A DNA stretch of 55,157 nucleotides, the filler included, from Sluysia triapertura (Eukaryota), in assembly GCA_046118255.1 (NCBI GenBank). It is 4 parts of 4 records of this genome, joined end to end, with 100 filler letters (N's around TTAATTAATTAA, not from the genome) between each part and the next. Parts side by side here need not be neighbours in the genome. Positions count along the whole stretch, not along the records: positions 27,560 to 41,239 come from JBJNIA010025840.1; positions 41,340 to 55,157 come from JBJNIA010017746.1; 2 more parts are not named here. One strand, written 5' to 3'. Shown here piece by piece: positions 38,390 to 51,545 of this stretch. The notes beneath the pieces are model-generated. The model saw nothing but the letters and a program-made list of their open reading frames with translations, was not told the DNA's origin and did not search any database. The translations under genes and the position numbers were made by a program. Numbering within the stretch: the first letter of the stretch is position 1; every line of letters begins with the position of its first letter.

Positions 38390-39889
38390 ATTGCTGTCGT
38401 ACATATTTTAAAATCTTGATATTTATATCCACAAGCTCCTAATACGATTTTGAAGGACTTACGAAGTGATTGGATTTGATATGGTAAGGAAAATGTATTC
38501 AGAGCACAAATTAGAGGAAGGAGAGACTGTTTTCTGTTGACTTTAAATGATTGAGTTTATAAATTTTTGAAGGTTATTTGATACCTTAAAATAAGCTAGA
38601 ACATTTAAGAGTATAGAAAAACTACACTTTACACAGTAATATTTGAGTGGGAATTTCATTGTGCTTAAAATGTATTGATAATTTTAGGATGAATAGTTTC
38701 AGATTTGTTTAACACAAATAAAACGATAATAAAGCAATAAATATTAATTGAATCCATTTAATGAAAACCGAGCACCATCTTTTGCTTGATCCCATTCTCA
38801 GTATCAAAATTAAAATAGTTAAATTGTTTACATTGTCTCAAATATCGCAGTACAGGTCATAGAAATGTAAATTTTTCAGTCATACAATACGTGAAACTAG
38901 TGATAATCTTGATAATTTACATTCTACTATAAATGTGCATGACTTATTTAGGTCTAAGAAGCTCAAACTTATTACTACTACTAATAACAATTTATTTTAA
39001 AATTATAAAACCTGCAGCGTGTAAGGTGAAACTAGTATGAAAAACGTATTTTTAAAAATCAAAAAATACCACGAGCGAATAAACGAAAAAAGTTGGTACT
39101 TGTACTTGATAAACAAAAATATTAAGTAAAATACAAGAAACAAGTTCATTCTTAAGTGCAATTATTTATTTCTAGATTCTTAACGAAATTGTGAAACATG
39201 GTTGCAGGCTCAAGTAGTCCTGCGTATGTTTCATAAAATTGAGAAGTTTAATTGATAGATTGTATAAATTAATTGATCTATCTATTGTCCACGATTATAT
39301 TTCCAAATTTGCAATTCGCAAAATAACCAATGAATAATCTTTTAATTTGTTTAAATGCTGCTTTGGCTAAATTTTTTTCAATTATGAATAACCAGTATCA
39401 TCTAAAATGAGACTTGGAATTGTAATTTTATATAAAATTTATTTTTAAAATTATATAAAATCCAATTATGTTTTATTATATTATATTTTTATTTTTGTGT
39501 ATTTTTATTTTTATATATTTTATAAATAATAAAATATAAAACATAATTGGATTTTATATAATTTTAAAAATAAATTTTATGTAACTTTACAGAATTAATA
39601 TTTGATGCCATGACATAAAAATAACTAAACGATTTCTTTTTACCTATTAACAAAAAAAGAACCACATTATTCGAAAGATTTTCTATCCATGCAAACGTGA
39701 GTTATCTTTTCTATTGTACAATTTCTAATATCTCAAAAGTTGACAAAGTAATTCTCTTATCACCAATATCGCCTGGCATAACAAAATCGTCGTCAATTGG
39801 TAAACAAAACCAGATAAAAAGTAAACTGCATGTGAAGATTTGATAATCCTAGCTACAAAAGCGTCATAAGTCGAATATTGTAAACAGAC
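38390..39889 (-). pseudogene. Possible decayed multi-exon gene convergent with ALKBH6
   Basis: Coding-like blocks after AG acceptors at about 39889 (VCLQYSTYDAFVARII.../LPIDDDFVMPGDIGDKRITL), 39402 (YWYFIIEKNLAKAAFKQIKRLFIGYF...) and 38584, each with in-frame stops. Confidence 0.35.
39432..39580. repeat. Perfect 45-bp inverted repeat with 59-nt spacer (AT-rich MITE/foldback)
   Basis: 39432-39476 is the exact reverse complement of 39536-39580. Confidence 0.9.
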
Positions 39890-40339
39890 CTGCTAAAAAT
39901 TTATTTTGCTCTAGGTTAAGAGTTAAGAAAACTGCAGCAAAATTTGGCGACTGAATTGGTACGACATAAATTTGCATTAGATATTGAATTCTTTATGTTA
40001 AGATGTATTGTACTAGATAAAATGATATCGAACTTTGTGAGCTATAGTCACGTTTAGCATTGCATAAGTCTATGTATTGAATTACTTGATATGTTTAAGA
40101 TTACAAATTTAAATTTCATCGATTTTTGGAATATTTGCTTAAGTTAATTTTATTTGATATTAAGTCGTTAATTGATTTACTATTTTCTCGTTTACGTTAA
40201 ATATATGAAAAATTTTTTATAATTCTTTTTAACATTATAAAAATTTAACTTAGGCTTAAGACCTTTAACGAAAACAAATAAAATTATTATGAACAATGCA
40301 ATTAAATTCAAAACACGAAAGTTTATATAAGACTATAAA

Positions 40340-40384
40340 ATGGCGGAAATAAGACAACAACATACCTTTAGAATCAGTTCATTA
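40340..40384 (+). CDS. Candidate first coding exon (MAEIRQQHTFRISSL)
   Basis: AAAATGGCGG start context and GTAAGG donor at 40385. No downstream exon identified. Confidence 0.3.
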
Positions 40385-41068
40385 GTAAGGAGATATATTA
40401 TAGTTTGATCGTTGTGACATTGTATTAATGTATTATTTTTCGAGAGCAAAATCGAAATGTTTAAAAAATAATTGTAGGAGAAAATATTGTAATATAATAA
40501 CTATTACATGATTACTGAGTAATATGTCACATACATACCATGTCATGCATAAATATTTTATAGTTTTCGTTGAATCATAATAGACTAGGGTAAAATTAAT
40601 GTAAGTACACAGACTTGTATGAATAACGCCAAATTTATAACAGTATGAGCAGAAAATATGATTAAGATAATTGCTTTAAGTGTGAGAAAATATCTAACTA
40701 AACCCCTATGGAGTTTATGAACTATTTCAACATAATATTTTAATTTAAATAAAAACTATAAGATAATTAAAGTAGCAATATAATAAATACTAATAAAATA
40801 GGTTTACACAATCATAATATGTTTCACTGTATTAAAAACACTTTAATATGTATAAACAAACATTTCATTAAATTTATCATTTGTATAAATATCGTTTTCT
40901 AAAACCATCATAAAGTTTTAGAAGTGACGTTTCATCATTAATTTTTATATCATTTGATGTATGTGTTCATTTTAAAAATGTTAATTGTGTATAAACCACA
41001 GGTAAAAGTTAATATTGTTGAGTTTAAAGAATGTAAGTTAAATATCAAAGGTTAAAGGTCTCAATTAT

Positions 41069-41162
41069 AAATTTACAAATTTATTTCAAATTTACAATTT
41101 TATTTCAAATTTACAATTTTATTTCAAATTTACAATTTTATTTCAAATTTACAATTTTATTT
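41069..41162. repeat. Minisatellite, 19-bp unit AAATTTACAATTTTATTTC x5
   Basis: Five near-perfect tandem units. Confidence 0.9.
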
Positions 41163-41239
41163 AATCAAATAATTGGAAAAATCTTTATTTGGAAATTTTA
41201 AATATATATTCATCGTCCTTAGTAAGTCTAAATTATTAT

Positions 41240-41339
41240 NNNNNNNNNNNNNNNNNNNNNNNNNNNNNNNNNNNNNNNNNNNNTTAATTAATTAANNNNN
41301 NNNNNNNNNNNNNNNNNNNNNNNNNNNNNNNNNNNNNNN
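41240..41339. other. Artificial gap spacer (44 N + TTAATTAATTAA + 44 N)
   Basis: Same structure as the other two gaps. Confidence 0.97.
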
Positions 41340-43534
41340 TAAAATTTATATTTTATTATTTATTTTATATTTTATGCATTTTATGTTTCGCGTATTGATT
41401 AAAAATTATAAAAATTATTATTATTTAAAAAATGACAATTAACATCATATTAAAAATTATAAAATTTAATTATTTCAAATTACAAAGAAAACAGAATATT
41501 CTAGTACAAGTTGTAATTAATTAAATTTTTAATATGGTTCCTTAGCGTATAAAGATAAGAAAAATAGTAACAATCACAATTGATAGACAAGTTAACAACA
41601 CAAGAAGAATCGCCATTTTTAGATCACAAATAAAGCACAATACTACTGTACAAAGCAGTTAGACAAGAAGGAACACAAAGAAGTTATATAATTGATGTTT
41701 TATGATACAAAGCTCCGACTATATTAAACTAAGTGTTTAATACATCATATTAATTCTACGATATCTAAGACAAGAAAAATTTAGTTATCCGAAAATCAAA
41801 TTTTTTATTCTATCAATTCCCATTTATGTTATAAAGCAATATTAAGTAGTAAGTTTATTTTAAATAGATTTCAGACTCGTAAGAATTAAAATATTTACTT
41901 AAAATACTTGTTTTCAGTTGATCATTAAGGCCAATTATAAAATATAAATCCATTTGGCCGAGTCCTTTGGATAGGTCAACTTATTTAAAATCATTTATTA
42001 TTATTACTATATTATTATTGCTTATATTTGATAAATTTGAATTTATATATTTTATTTTCTTTATAACGAATTTTGACATAATACACATTGTATAATTTTA
42101 ATATTGTGATTTATTAAAGTTTAACGTAAAAGTTACCATGCAAATCTATTAGCAACATAATAATAAGAAAACTTAAAGACACATTACCATCATTTACTGT
42201 GTGACTAAAATAATCTTAAATTGATTTTTGACCATAGTGTTCATTAAGATAACGCGTATAGATTCGTGAATTAGACTTCGTTTTAGTAATATTTAATAAA
42301 TAATTGAATTATAAAGACATGAGAGAAGTACGTTATTGCACGATGTCTTTATCGTTATTCTTAGGAATATTTCACGTTACTTACAGATACGCCATTGATA
42401 AGTCGTATAATGTAAGCGGACTCTAAATATTAATTTATTTTGCTGTTAGGTAAGTTTTAGAGTTAAAATATATAGCTAAAATTATTTATTGTCATCCAAC
42501 AATTATTTATAAAATTTTATTATTATTGTTGTTATTGTTATTGTTGCTGAAATTGTATGATTTAATCTTGATAAATTACAAAATTACGAAACATTAGATT
42601 TATGCAAATTTTTATACTTTTTTTGTTTCAAATATTCTAATTCTGATGAGATAATGGTTTTATTTTTGATATACTTTAAACGTTCAAATGATTTTTTATT
42701 TTTACTCGACGATATATTATCTTTAGAAATATTAGTGATTTGTGACTATTAATTTTGAAGATATTTGTAACAAGTATATTTTTGATTTTCTGACGACGAT
42801 TTGATTTATGAAATTAAAATACTTTTACAATTAACAATAATCTGATCCACATGAATTCACGAATGTTTCATTAAAATAGCTTTTTCATTTTGTTCAATTT
42901 GCAATTTCAGCAAAGCATTATTCATTAACTTTGTAATGCTTACTACATATTTCTGCAATTTATTTTTAATATTGGTAACATTTGTTCGATTATAATACAA
43001 GCATTTCTCATTACTCTATAAAAATGGTATAATTCAGCGACATTTGAAGATTTAGGAATGTCTGAAAAAGTTGGAGAATCAGACTTAAATAGCGTTATTT
43101 TCTGTTTAATATTAAATTTATCATTTTCTATTTCTGATGCTTCATAAATTCCAAATTGATTTGTTTCTAAACTAGTTATAATTTTTCAATATTATGTTTT
43201 GAAGATTAAGAGAAAAAAAGAAAATATAATAGAAGAATTGTGAGTGTTTTTATAGAAATTTCATTGTTATTGAAACCATGTTTAATTTTAAATTTTGGGT
43301 TTTGGTGTTGGTGTGCTTAAGTCTTTGTGCGATTACACATTTGTTTAATATTTTGTGAAGTAAATGTGATGTTTTGTTTAACTATGTTTGGTAAAATTTT
43401 CAATGATAGATTTGAACCACTCAAACATTTCAAATTTATTTCTAGATTCTCCTTTATAGCAATAATTTCATTCATTTCATTATCAAAATTCAGCATTCAA
43501 AAATTAAAAATTAATTAAAATTTAACTTAATTCA

Positions 43535-43750
43535 TTATTAAGGCTTTCCTTGCACGAACTCGGTAAAACGATATCGTTATCGATAGATATTTTTAAAACA
43601 TCGACAGTACATTTATCAATCAAACTAAGATTTTAATTAATCAATTTTTAGATTTAATCTTATTTTATGCTTAAAGGTTTTATTAAGGTTTGAAAGTTGT
43701 TTTGTACTTTATAATGCAATCAGGTCATTCGAGATGCTTTCACTTTTACC
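43535..43750. repeat. Dispersed repeat copy homologous to 18470-18745
   Basis: Shared TATTAAGGCTTTCCTTGCAyGAAyTCGGT and TTTTTAGAyTTAATCTTATTTTATGyTTAAAGGTTTTATTAAGGTT. Confidence 0.8.
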
Positions 43751-43841
43751 TCAGTATATTAAGAAATCTCTCTGTTTAGTGATTTGAGATTTAACTGTTT
43801 TTAAATATTAGAAATCTGTAGAGTAATCATAAAGTACGATG

Positions 43842-43908
<67 letters not shown>

Positions 43909-44469
43909 TTTAATTTTCTGTAAAAGAACTTTTAAGTATTGTAATTATTTAAAATAGTAAACATAAACCAAATAATTGATTTAATTGTAATGTGTTCAAA
44001 ATAAATGTAAATTTTATTGTAGTAATTGCTGTAATTATTTAATTTGTAAACAAAATAACGAAAATAATTGTTTGAATTATTGTGCATTTATTCCTCCGAT
44101 GAAAATTGTAAAATAATTGTTTAATTGAAATTGTTCTACATTTACGATTCTCGGAAAATAAGTACAAAAATAACATATTAGTCACTCACAAATAATTTTA
44201 AAGTGAAACTTAGAATGAATTAGTTCGAATACATATTCAATTTGGAAGAATTTCAATTCACTTCTTGCAGAAATATCAATCTTCGAAGATCAAATTTTAT
44301 TACTAATATTTTATTTATTTGACATTTGAAAATTATTTGAAATTAAATTAAAATCCTTTCTTGAAAATAAATAATTATTAAAATAAATTAATGATATTTA
44401 TAATTTGTCTAAATTAGACTTTACAACTTATGATTAAATTGGACTTTAACTTTGACTTTAACTTTACAA

Positions 44470-44545
44470 TAGTGAGGTTTTATTAAAGTTAATTAAATTT
44501 AATATTGATTTAGCGTAATTAATAATTTTCAAAGACGCAACAATA
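44470..44545. repeat. Dispersed repeat copy, inverted relative to 17410-17485
   Basis: TAATAATTTTCAAAGACGCAAC is the reverse complement of GTTGCGTCTTTGAAAATTATTA at 17411. Confidence 0.7.
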
Positions 44546-46642
44546 GCATTGATGATGGGTTTTATTATGAAGTTTTATCTTCGGATTTTGATGATTATTT
44601 TATAAGTTTATGTATTCGTTGCTATTTTTCTCTCCGTTAAAGTTTTTATATCAATATTATAGCTTTTACGTATAAAGGTAGTTGTCTTATAAAATGTATA
44701 GGTTTTGTAATGTTGGTGATTTTCTATTACTATTTAGTAATATTTAATAATACCTATTAACAGTATCACGCTGAAAAGGATGTAAACATTGTAAATATCA
44801 TCATTGCAAGATCGAGTATATATTATAACTTTTATAACAATAGAAACTTCACAGTCATAACCATGGTACATATAAAATATAATATTTTATATGTAATCAT
44901 GTACAAGTTTATAGGTTTCTAGTTCTAGTTTATAAGTTTTTAGATTAAGTATGAGTAAACTACAGCAGATGTTGTAGTAAAACGAAACTCATTTCCTGAT
45001 TAACTGACCATTAAGATTGACTTTAAATACTTAAAATAAATTTGGTAGCTTCATTTTTAGTTTCTATTTTGCTAACACCAAATACACATTTTTCGATGAT
45101 AAAACTGTAATCAACCAATCATAGCGCCCAAATCAATTTGTTACAACGTTGGGTCACTACTCGAATCTAGATCAATCTTACTGAACAAATGTTCGGAATT
45201 TGCTATTTTTGATCATATATTGCAATTCTTACATTATAAAATTCGTGCAAAATTAGAAAATATTAAAAAATTAGTACAAAATTAATAAAAATACAATCCC
45301 AGGTAAACTGATTTGATAATTTAATAATAATATAATAATATCAGTTACTAAATTTTAATATTAATAAATGAAAATTGTTTATATCTTTTTATACATGGAT
45401 TTCTAGAAATCATAAATATTGCTATTACTCAGAAACTTTGATTTTTATTATTAGTCAAAAAATACGTATTAAAATATATTATGTTGTACTAATTATTATA
45501 AGTAATTAATCATTGTTATATAATTATTTAATCTATAATATTGGTTGTTTTGAGACCTCAGCATAAATATTCTGAAATCACAGCTATTTTTATCTCAAGT
45601 GCAATATTTCAAATTTTAGCTCATTTGTTTAGTAAAATAAACGCATTCATATTTTTAGTTTTAAATACTTTGTTCTTGAAATAAATGGTCTACAAAATAT
45701 TTAGCATGGGACATTCGTAGACTGTAATGTAAATAATGTAAATTTAAAAAACTATATGGAATTTAAAATCATAAAATAGTACATAAAGTAATTAAAAATC
45801 GAAGTAATGATTACTCAACTAAAGGTTGTTGATATTAAATAATAGTTTAACATTTGAAATGAATTTATTGAATATTTTGTGTGCAACGTTCATTATTTTT
45901 TATTACAGCTGTAAAGTTTTCAGTACATTTATGATGTAATTTAGCATTTAAAACAGTTGTAAAATATTTTTCATACAATTTTTAAGTTCAGTGAAAATTA
46001 TCTTCACTTAAATTTCTTCGAAAAGTGTTACGAACATTGAACATTTTAAAAGAAGATAAATCATTTTCGGCAATAAAACAAATATTCGTTACTGACATGA
46101 TAATAAATAAAAGCTAAATAAATCTATTGAAAATTAATTAAATTCATTTGTGATCTGACACATTATAGAGCATAAATTAACAAGACAATACGGGAATAAA
46201 ATAATATAAGTCAATATAAAATATAAATTAATATTAATATTAAGAATCGGATGGTTTTTTGGAAATATAAAATTATATTTAGAAAATAAAAGTACTTTTA
46301 ACAAAAAAATTCTAATAATTTAATTAATTTAATTCACTTTAATAGTTTTTAATAATAATAAGCTATTTATTAATAACATGTAGATATTACAAAAAATTGA
46401 TTATTTAATAATAAAAAAATTATTTAAAAATTATTTCGATCAGACTTTCAAACTTTTCAGAAATAAATTACTCAATGCTGTAAGTAAATAAATTTAATGA
46501 AAAAGAATATCAATTAATTCGTTCTATTGTTTGAACAAATTCCAATAGTATCAAATTTCAAAAGGGAAATATATCTATTTTTGTGTACCGTATTATTATT
46601 ATTATTATGATTATGATTATGATTATTATTATTATTATTATG

Positions 46643-46695
<53 letters not shown>

Positions 46696-46842
46696 GATGC
46701 ATTTATCATTATCATATTTTTATAAAAATTGTTTAAACATCTGGTCTGAAATCACTATTTTTCAAGAAGTTTTCTTCAAACTTTTGGAATTTGAATTTGA
46801 ATTTCTGGTAAGTGGGTTTTAGTTTCATTACAATTCCTAAGT

Positions 46843-47391
46843 ATGAGAGATTTTCCTATACCGGATTTATATGGCAAATTTAGGGCTGATCTAGGTGGCT
46901 ATAATGTAATTACTGTTCATCACGATTCAAATGGAAGTTTTCCTAGTATTATATCTGTTGGTTTCTTACGAAATTTAGCTATTAAATCATGTCATATGTA
47001 TACATCATGTTAAAGTATACATGATTTAAAAAAGCAATGTAAAATAAATTTACATAAAAGTCGTGAGTACAAACCAGTTTTAAATGAATTTGAAAATAAC
47101 TTAACGTTATTTATCGCCGGTTTTATAAATGAAGCTTCCTCGGAAGGTTCAGAAGAATAGGCCACTGCAACTATCTTTGTTAAGGATAATCAAATGTTGT
47201 TACATTTAGTTTAAATATTATTTATAAAACGGCTAAATAAATCTGGTCATTTCATTCAAGAACTGTTGCATTGGTTAAATATACAATTACCGAGAACACG
47301 TAGTGGTTCGAAATTAAATAATGCTTTAATTTTAAATGAAATTATAGTCACGAAGAAAATATCAAAGATGAAAATGCCGCACCAAAATTGA
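46843..47391 (+). pseudogene. Decayed intronless ORF of unknown function (183 codons, 3 internal stops), possibly Polinton cargo
   Basis: MRDFPIPDLYGKFRADLGGYNVITVHHDSNGSFPSIISVGFLRNLAIKSCHMY...VLNEFENNLTLFIAGFINEASSEG...QELLHWLNIQLPRTRSGSKLNNALIL in a single frame. Confidence 0.55.
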
Positions 47392-47502
47392 GAGGAGGAA
47401 TAATGTTATCTTAATTTTACTGATCATTTTTAAATTTTGCAGTTTGTTGTAGAATACCCTACAAATTTATTGTTTATAAATTTGCCTTTTAAGCATAAAT
47501 GT

Positions 47503-47610
47503 ATTAGATTCCTCGTTCATTATTTGTTTAATAAAGAGACAGCTAAACATATTGTTCATTCATTACTAACCAACAACATAGATTTTAATAATGGTTTATT
47601 GTACTCAATT
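47503..47610 (+). mobile_element. L2/CR1-clade LINE reverse transcriptase C-terminal fragment
   Basis: IRFLVHYLFNKETAKHIVHSLLTNNIDFNNGLLYSI matches the L2/CR1 motif IR.IR.YL...TAK.LVHALV.SRLDYCNSLLYGL. Confidence 0.7.
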
Positions 47611-48295
47611 TCATATGTAGTGTTTTTGAGCACTTACTTTGAAGTAGATATGAGCGTAATATAAATTAATACATTATTATTTTAATCATTTTAGTTTTAA
47701 ATTTTTGTACAGAATAAAATGATTTAAGCACTGTTTTTAAACATTGTAATATAAAAATTAAAAGATCTATAAATATTAAAATTAAAATAAGATCTCGACC
47801 AAACCAAATATGAGCGCAGGTAATCATAAAAGTTATCTTACCACAGGTTTAAGTAATAGTAGATTTTTAAAAATACAAAACTAGATAATCACAAGGGTTA
47901 CAAAAATAAATCAACAATCGTTTAATAGCAAAATCAGCATCTAAAAGTTCATTTTCATACAGTACTACATCTTTAGGACCACCATCATTACAAAGTTAGA
48001 CCCACCCATAATTCTTGAAAGTAGTGAAGATAATGTAGATAATGATAATTTTCGTACTTCAATAAACGTAAAGGATGACGTAATTGTTGCAGAAGCGAAC
48101 TTAGGTTCATTAAACTCAAATTAAAACCAAATTATTTCAGAAATTGTTGGCATATAATAAAACAAATTCAATCGACAGAGAATGAATATTTATCTCGAAC
48201 AATTACAAAAAATTAGATTTTATTCACCGCAACGTAGAAAGCTTATAAATTTTAAGGAATATAAATTAATTACTAAATTTAGTAGCTCTCACAAA

Positions 48296-48440
48296 ATAAT
48301 GTATTCTGATATTAATTAAAGTATTATAAAAGTTATTCAGTCATTGTTATTAAGACATTGTTATTCAGATATTAATTAGAGTATTATAAAATTATTCTGA
48401 CATTGTTATTCAGTCATCAATTAAAGAGTTATAAAAGTTT
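48296..48440. repeat. Composite tandem repeat
   Basis: Alternating TATTCwGATATTAATTArAGTATTATAAAA and TTATTCAG(T/A)CATTG subunits. Confidence 0.75.
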
Positions 48441-48994
48441 ATCCACAAATAAATAGTGTCATGTTTTTGAATTAAAGAAACACGACCCTCAAAACAAAAA
48501 TATTGGGAAAACAAATTTCAAAATATTTTCATAAAACTATCAAGTTTAAAAACAGTAAACATTCTATAAATATCATACGCATAAATCACTTTCATTCATT
48601 ATTAATATTATTAAATTTATGAAATTTATCTTTGAAAATATTTGTAATTTCAAAATAAATGTTATGAACCTAAATTAATTCTAATAACAAAATTCGAACC
48701 TAACTATTGTTTCTTAATCTTAATAAATAGATCACTGTCGAAAATCAACTAACATCTACGAATAAAATTAATTTTTCACAAAAAATACCATCAACAAAAT
48801 TCTGAGATATGTTTTTGATACTAATATTTTTATTATTGATAAAAATATGACTCAAACTAAAGTATTTAAAATTGCAACTACCATCTTGTCAATTTCGTGA
48901 AGCTAAATTTGTATAGAGGTAGGATAATGAAATGAAGATTCCCAAAGAAAAAAATTTAAAGAAATAAACCTGTTGCTATAAGTTAAGTTTAAAA

Positions 48995-49520
48995 ATAGAT
49001 TTAAATAATGATGCAACGTTCAAGGTGGTAGTAGAAAAACATATTTTCTAAGTAAATTACTACGAAGTAATAAATTTAAAAATAACTTTAATAAAACATT
49101 TTAGCATCAATATGGGTGTGGAGAAGCATAGTTAATTCAAACCGAACTTATTAAATTAAAACGTATTAAAGTAATTAATGTTTTTGAAAAAAATTGGTCA
49201 TGCAGAATACATAAACGTGATTTAGTGGTTATTGATAACTTATACCAAGTAGCTAATGGTGTATCCAAGAAAATAGCTACATTTTAATTTTTATAACTCA
49301 AAATCTAATATTGGAACTCGAAATTTAAATTTAAATTTAGTAATACTCAAAAATCATATAGATCAAACTCTAATCGATTATTTATCGTGACAAGTATTTC
49401 CAGATAACATTATTTTTAATAAATGCTTTTCATGATGTCATAGAAATATCACATGGATATTTGTTTTTAGGTTTTACACAAGCATGCCCTAATGACATGA
49501 CTACACCTACTGATATACGT
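48995..49520 (+). mobile_element. Polinton/Maverick DNA-packaging ATPase (A32/FtsK-HerA type) pseudogene
   Basis: Motifs in the expected order: GGSRKTYFLSKLL (Walker A, 49024), LVVIDNLYQ (Walker B, 49222), ILIFITQNL (49281), LVILKNHIDQTLIDYLS*QVFPDN (about 49337), AFHDVIEISHGYLFLGFTQACPNDM (about 49425). These parallel Polinton ATPase motifs GSGKT / LIILDDLM / IYITQNLF / VLFKNPRD..QI..LARQ.YP / AY.DAT..P.GYL..DL.Q.TP. Confidence 0.85.
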
Positions 49521-49565
49521 ATCACTTATTTATAATCAATGTACTAAATAAGGTATTAATTAATT

Positions 49566-49875
49566 ATGAATAATTTTAAAAAGTTGTAGTTAAACCTAAT
49601 AAAGTTAAACACCTAATTTCGACTATACTGCAACAAAATAAAAAGACGAATTTTGAACTTATTTTACCATACTTTAATGCATTATTGATAGCACAAAAGT
49701 CTCATAGATGTTAATGTTAATGAATTTAAAAAGAAGCAAACATTATTGAATTATAAGAATCTACTTATTGATTTAAAAAATGCAACGTCTGAATTCTAAA
49801 GGACAAGTAATTTACAAACAGAATGGTGCAATAATTCCAGTAACTGCTGGATTAGTAAATTACGGAATAGGATAA
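49566..49875 (+). mobile_element. Polinton small conserved ORF (PW-like) pseudogene
   Basis: Basic helical segment (FKKKQTLLNYKNLLIDL) then KGQVIYKQNGAIIPVTAGLVNYGIG*, resembling the Q.GG-F-L-P hydrophobic tail of the small Polinton protein usually found beside the ATPase. Confidence 0.5.
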
Positions 49876-50075
49876 TAGGCTCAGCATTATCTAGTTTATC
49901 TAATATAAATTTCAGTGTAACATCAGATTTTTGTAATGGACAAAGTCGATAAATATGTGGTTCGCTCCAATACAGGAATAGAAAAACTAAAAAGGAGGAG
50001 GCGACAAAATGAATGAGAAATCAATTAACAAACAAATGATAAGAAGATTTCGACACATAAATATAAACCAAAAAT

Positions 50076-50160
50076 AAACCCAAATATAATGTTGGCGATT
50101 GCGTGAGAATATCAAATTTTCAACAACTCCCTTCACAAAAACTTTATTCATAAGAAGTAT
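50076..50160 (+). mobile_element. Polinton retroviral-like integrase C-terminal remnant
   Basis: KPKYNVGDCVRISNF...LYS*EV matches the Polinton integrase tail KPKFKVGD.VRISK.......WS.EIF. Confidence 0.75.
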
Positions 50161-51470
50161 AATAATAAGAGAAAATAATGATAATAATGATTTAACTTGA
50201 AATGTATTTAAAATGCAAACTGTAAGTATTTAATAATTATTTAAACTAAGTATTTAAACTAATGATTATTGTGCAATAAATGATAAAGTTTATTACAATT
50301 CCTAAATAATTTAGAAATGTCATTTTGAAAAGAAGTATCATTTATTATCTTGTTATATTTTGATAATAATTCAAAAAGGCAATACTTTTAATTTATAGCG
50401 AACTTTAAATATTTTTCCTTTTCTAAGTAATTTAGAACGGAAACAATATATTATCGTATTAATGCTACATATAATCTGAAATATTTTAATAATTAAAAAT
50501 TATTCTAATAAAAAGATTAACAAAAGACATTAATAAATTAAAAATATTTAATAACATATAGTATTAAGTGGAACTTTTTTAAAAAAGTTTACCATAATAT
50601 CGAATGAATAACACATTTTCAAAATTATCAATGCCTTATTCGGTCACTCTGTTTTATTAAATTTGAATTGCTAATTTTATGAAACAATCTAGATATTTAA
50701 GAAATATTATGAAAATTTATAAGAAAATAGAATTTACGGGAACTAACAAGTTTTACGATAGAAATATTAGTAGGAATTTCTAATTTAAGCATAACAATAA
50801 AAACGCTTTTATTATTTTTGTATTTGTAATGAAAAGTCTGAGAATAGTAAAAATTATTTAAGTGAATTTAGCATAAAAGTAACTTTTTTATTAACGGAGA
50901 TGATAATAAAATTTTCGATAACAAAGTTAAGAGATTAATAATTAACATAATGAATAATAATAATAAATCATATAAATTTCATAAATTTAATAATCAACAA
51001 TCGTCATCTTCATCACTAAATAACTAATCTGAAAAATTGAATGAATTAAGAGTTGGTTGATATATTTAAATCGTATAATGTATATTTGTTAATAATAGAT
51101 ATGTTTCTTTATTCTTTATGTTTCGATCTATTGTCACCTAATTTTTTTGCTTAAGATATGAAACGATAAGTGAATCATTTGAGATATTATCGAGTTTATC
51201 TTCATGATAGTGGTGGAAACAAGGAAGCGATAAAACGGAATGAAAAAAGAATGAAAGTGAAAAAAATAGAAAAATCAAAAAATAATAATACTTTGATGAC
51301 AATAATGTAGTGATAATAACAAATAATGAGAGAAAATAAAAGAATAACAACAATGGATAACAACAATACAGTATTAATTTTAGTTCCTGTCTCTGTATTG
51401 TTATGATTAATATTGTCACAATTATTGTGATTATTATGAAGATATTATTGGGATACAGGCCTAAATGCCA

Positions 51471-51545
51471 TTTAGTATGATAATTCTGTAGATAGAGTAT
51501 CGAACTGCGTAGCGAGAGGTCCCGGGTTCGAATCCTGGTCTAACA
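51471..51545 (+). mobile_element. tRNA-derived SINE head or tRNA pseudogene
   Basis: Intact T-arm/B-box GGTCCCGGGTTCGAATCCTGG. A-box degenerate (TAATTCTGTAGATAGAG). Acceptor and anticodon stems pair poorly. Confidence 0.65.

Noticed and set aside
51471-51545. Functional tRNA gene
   Set aside because: The D-arm/A-box is degenerate and the acceptor and anticodon stems do not pair properly.
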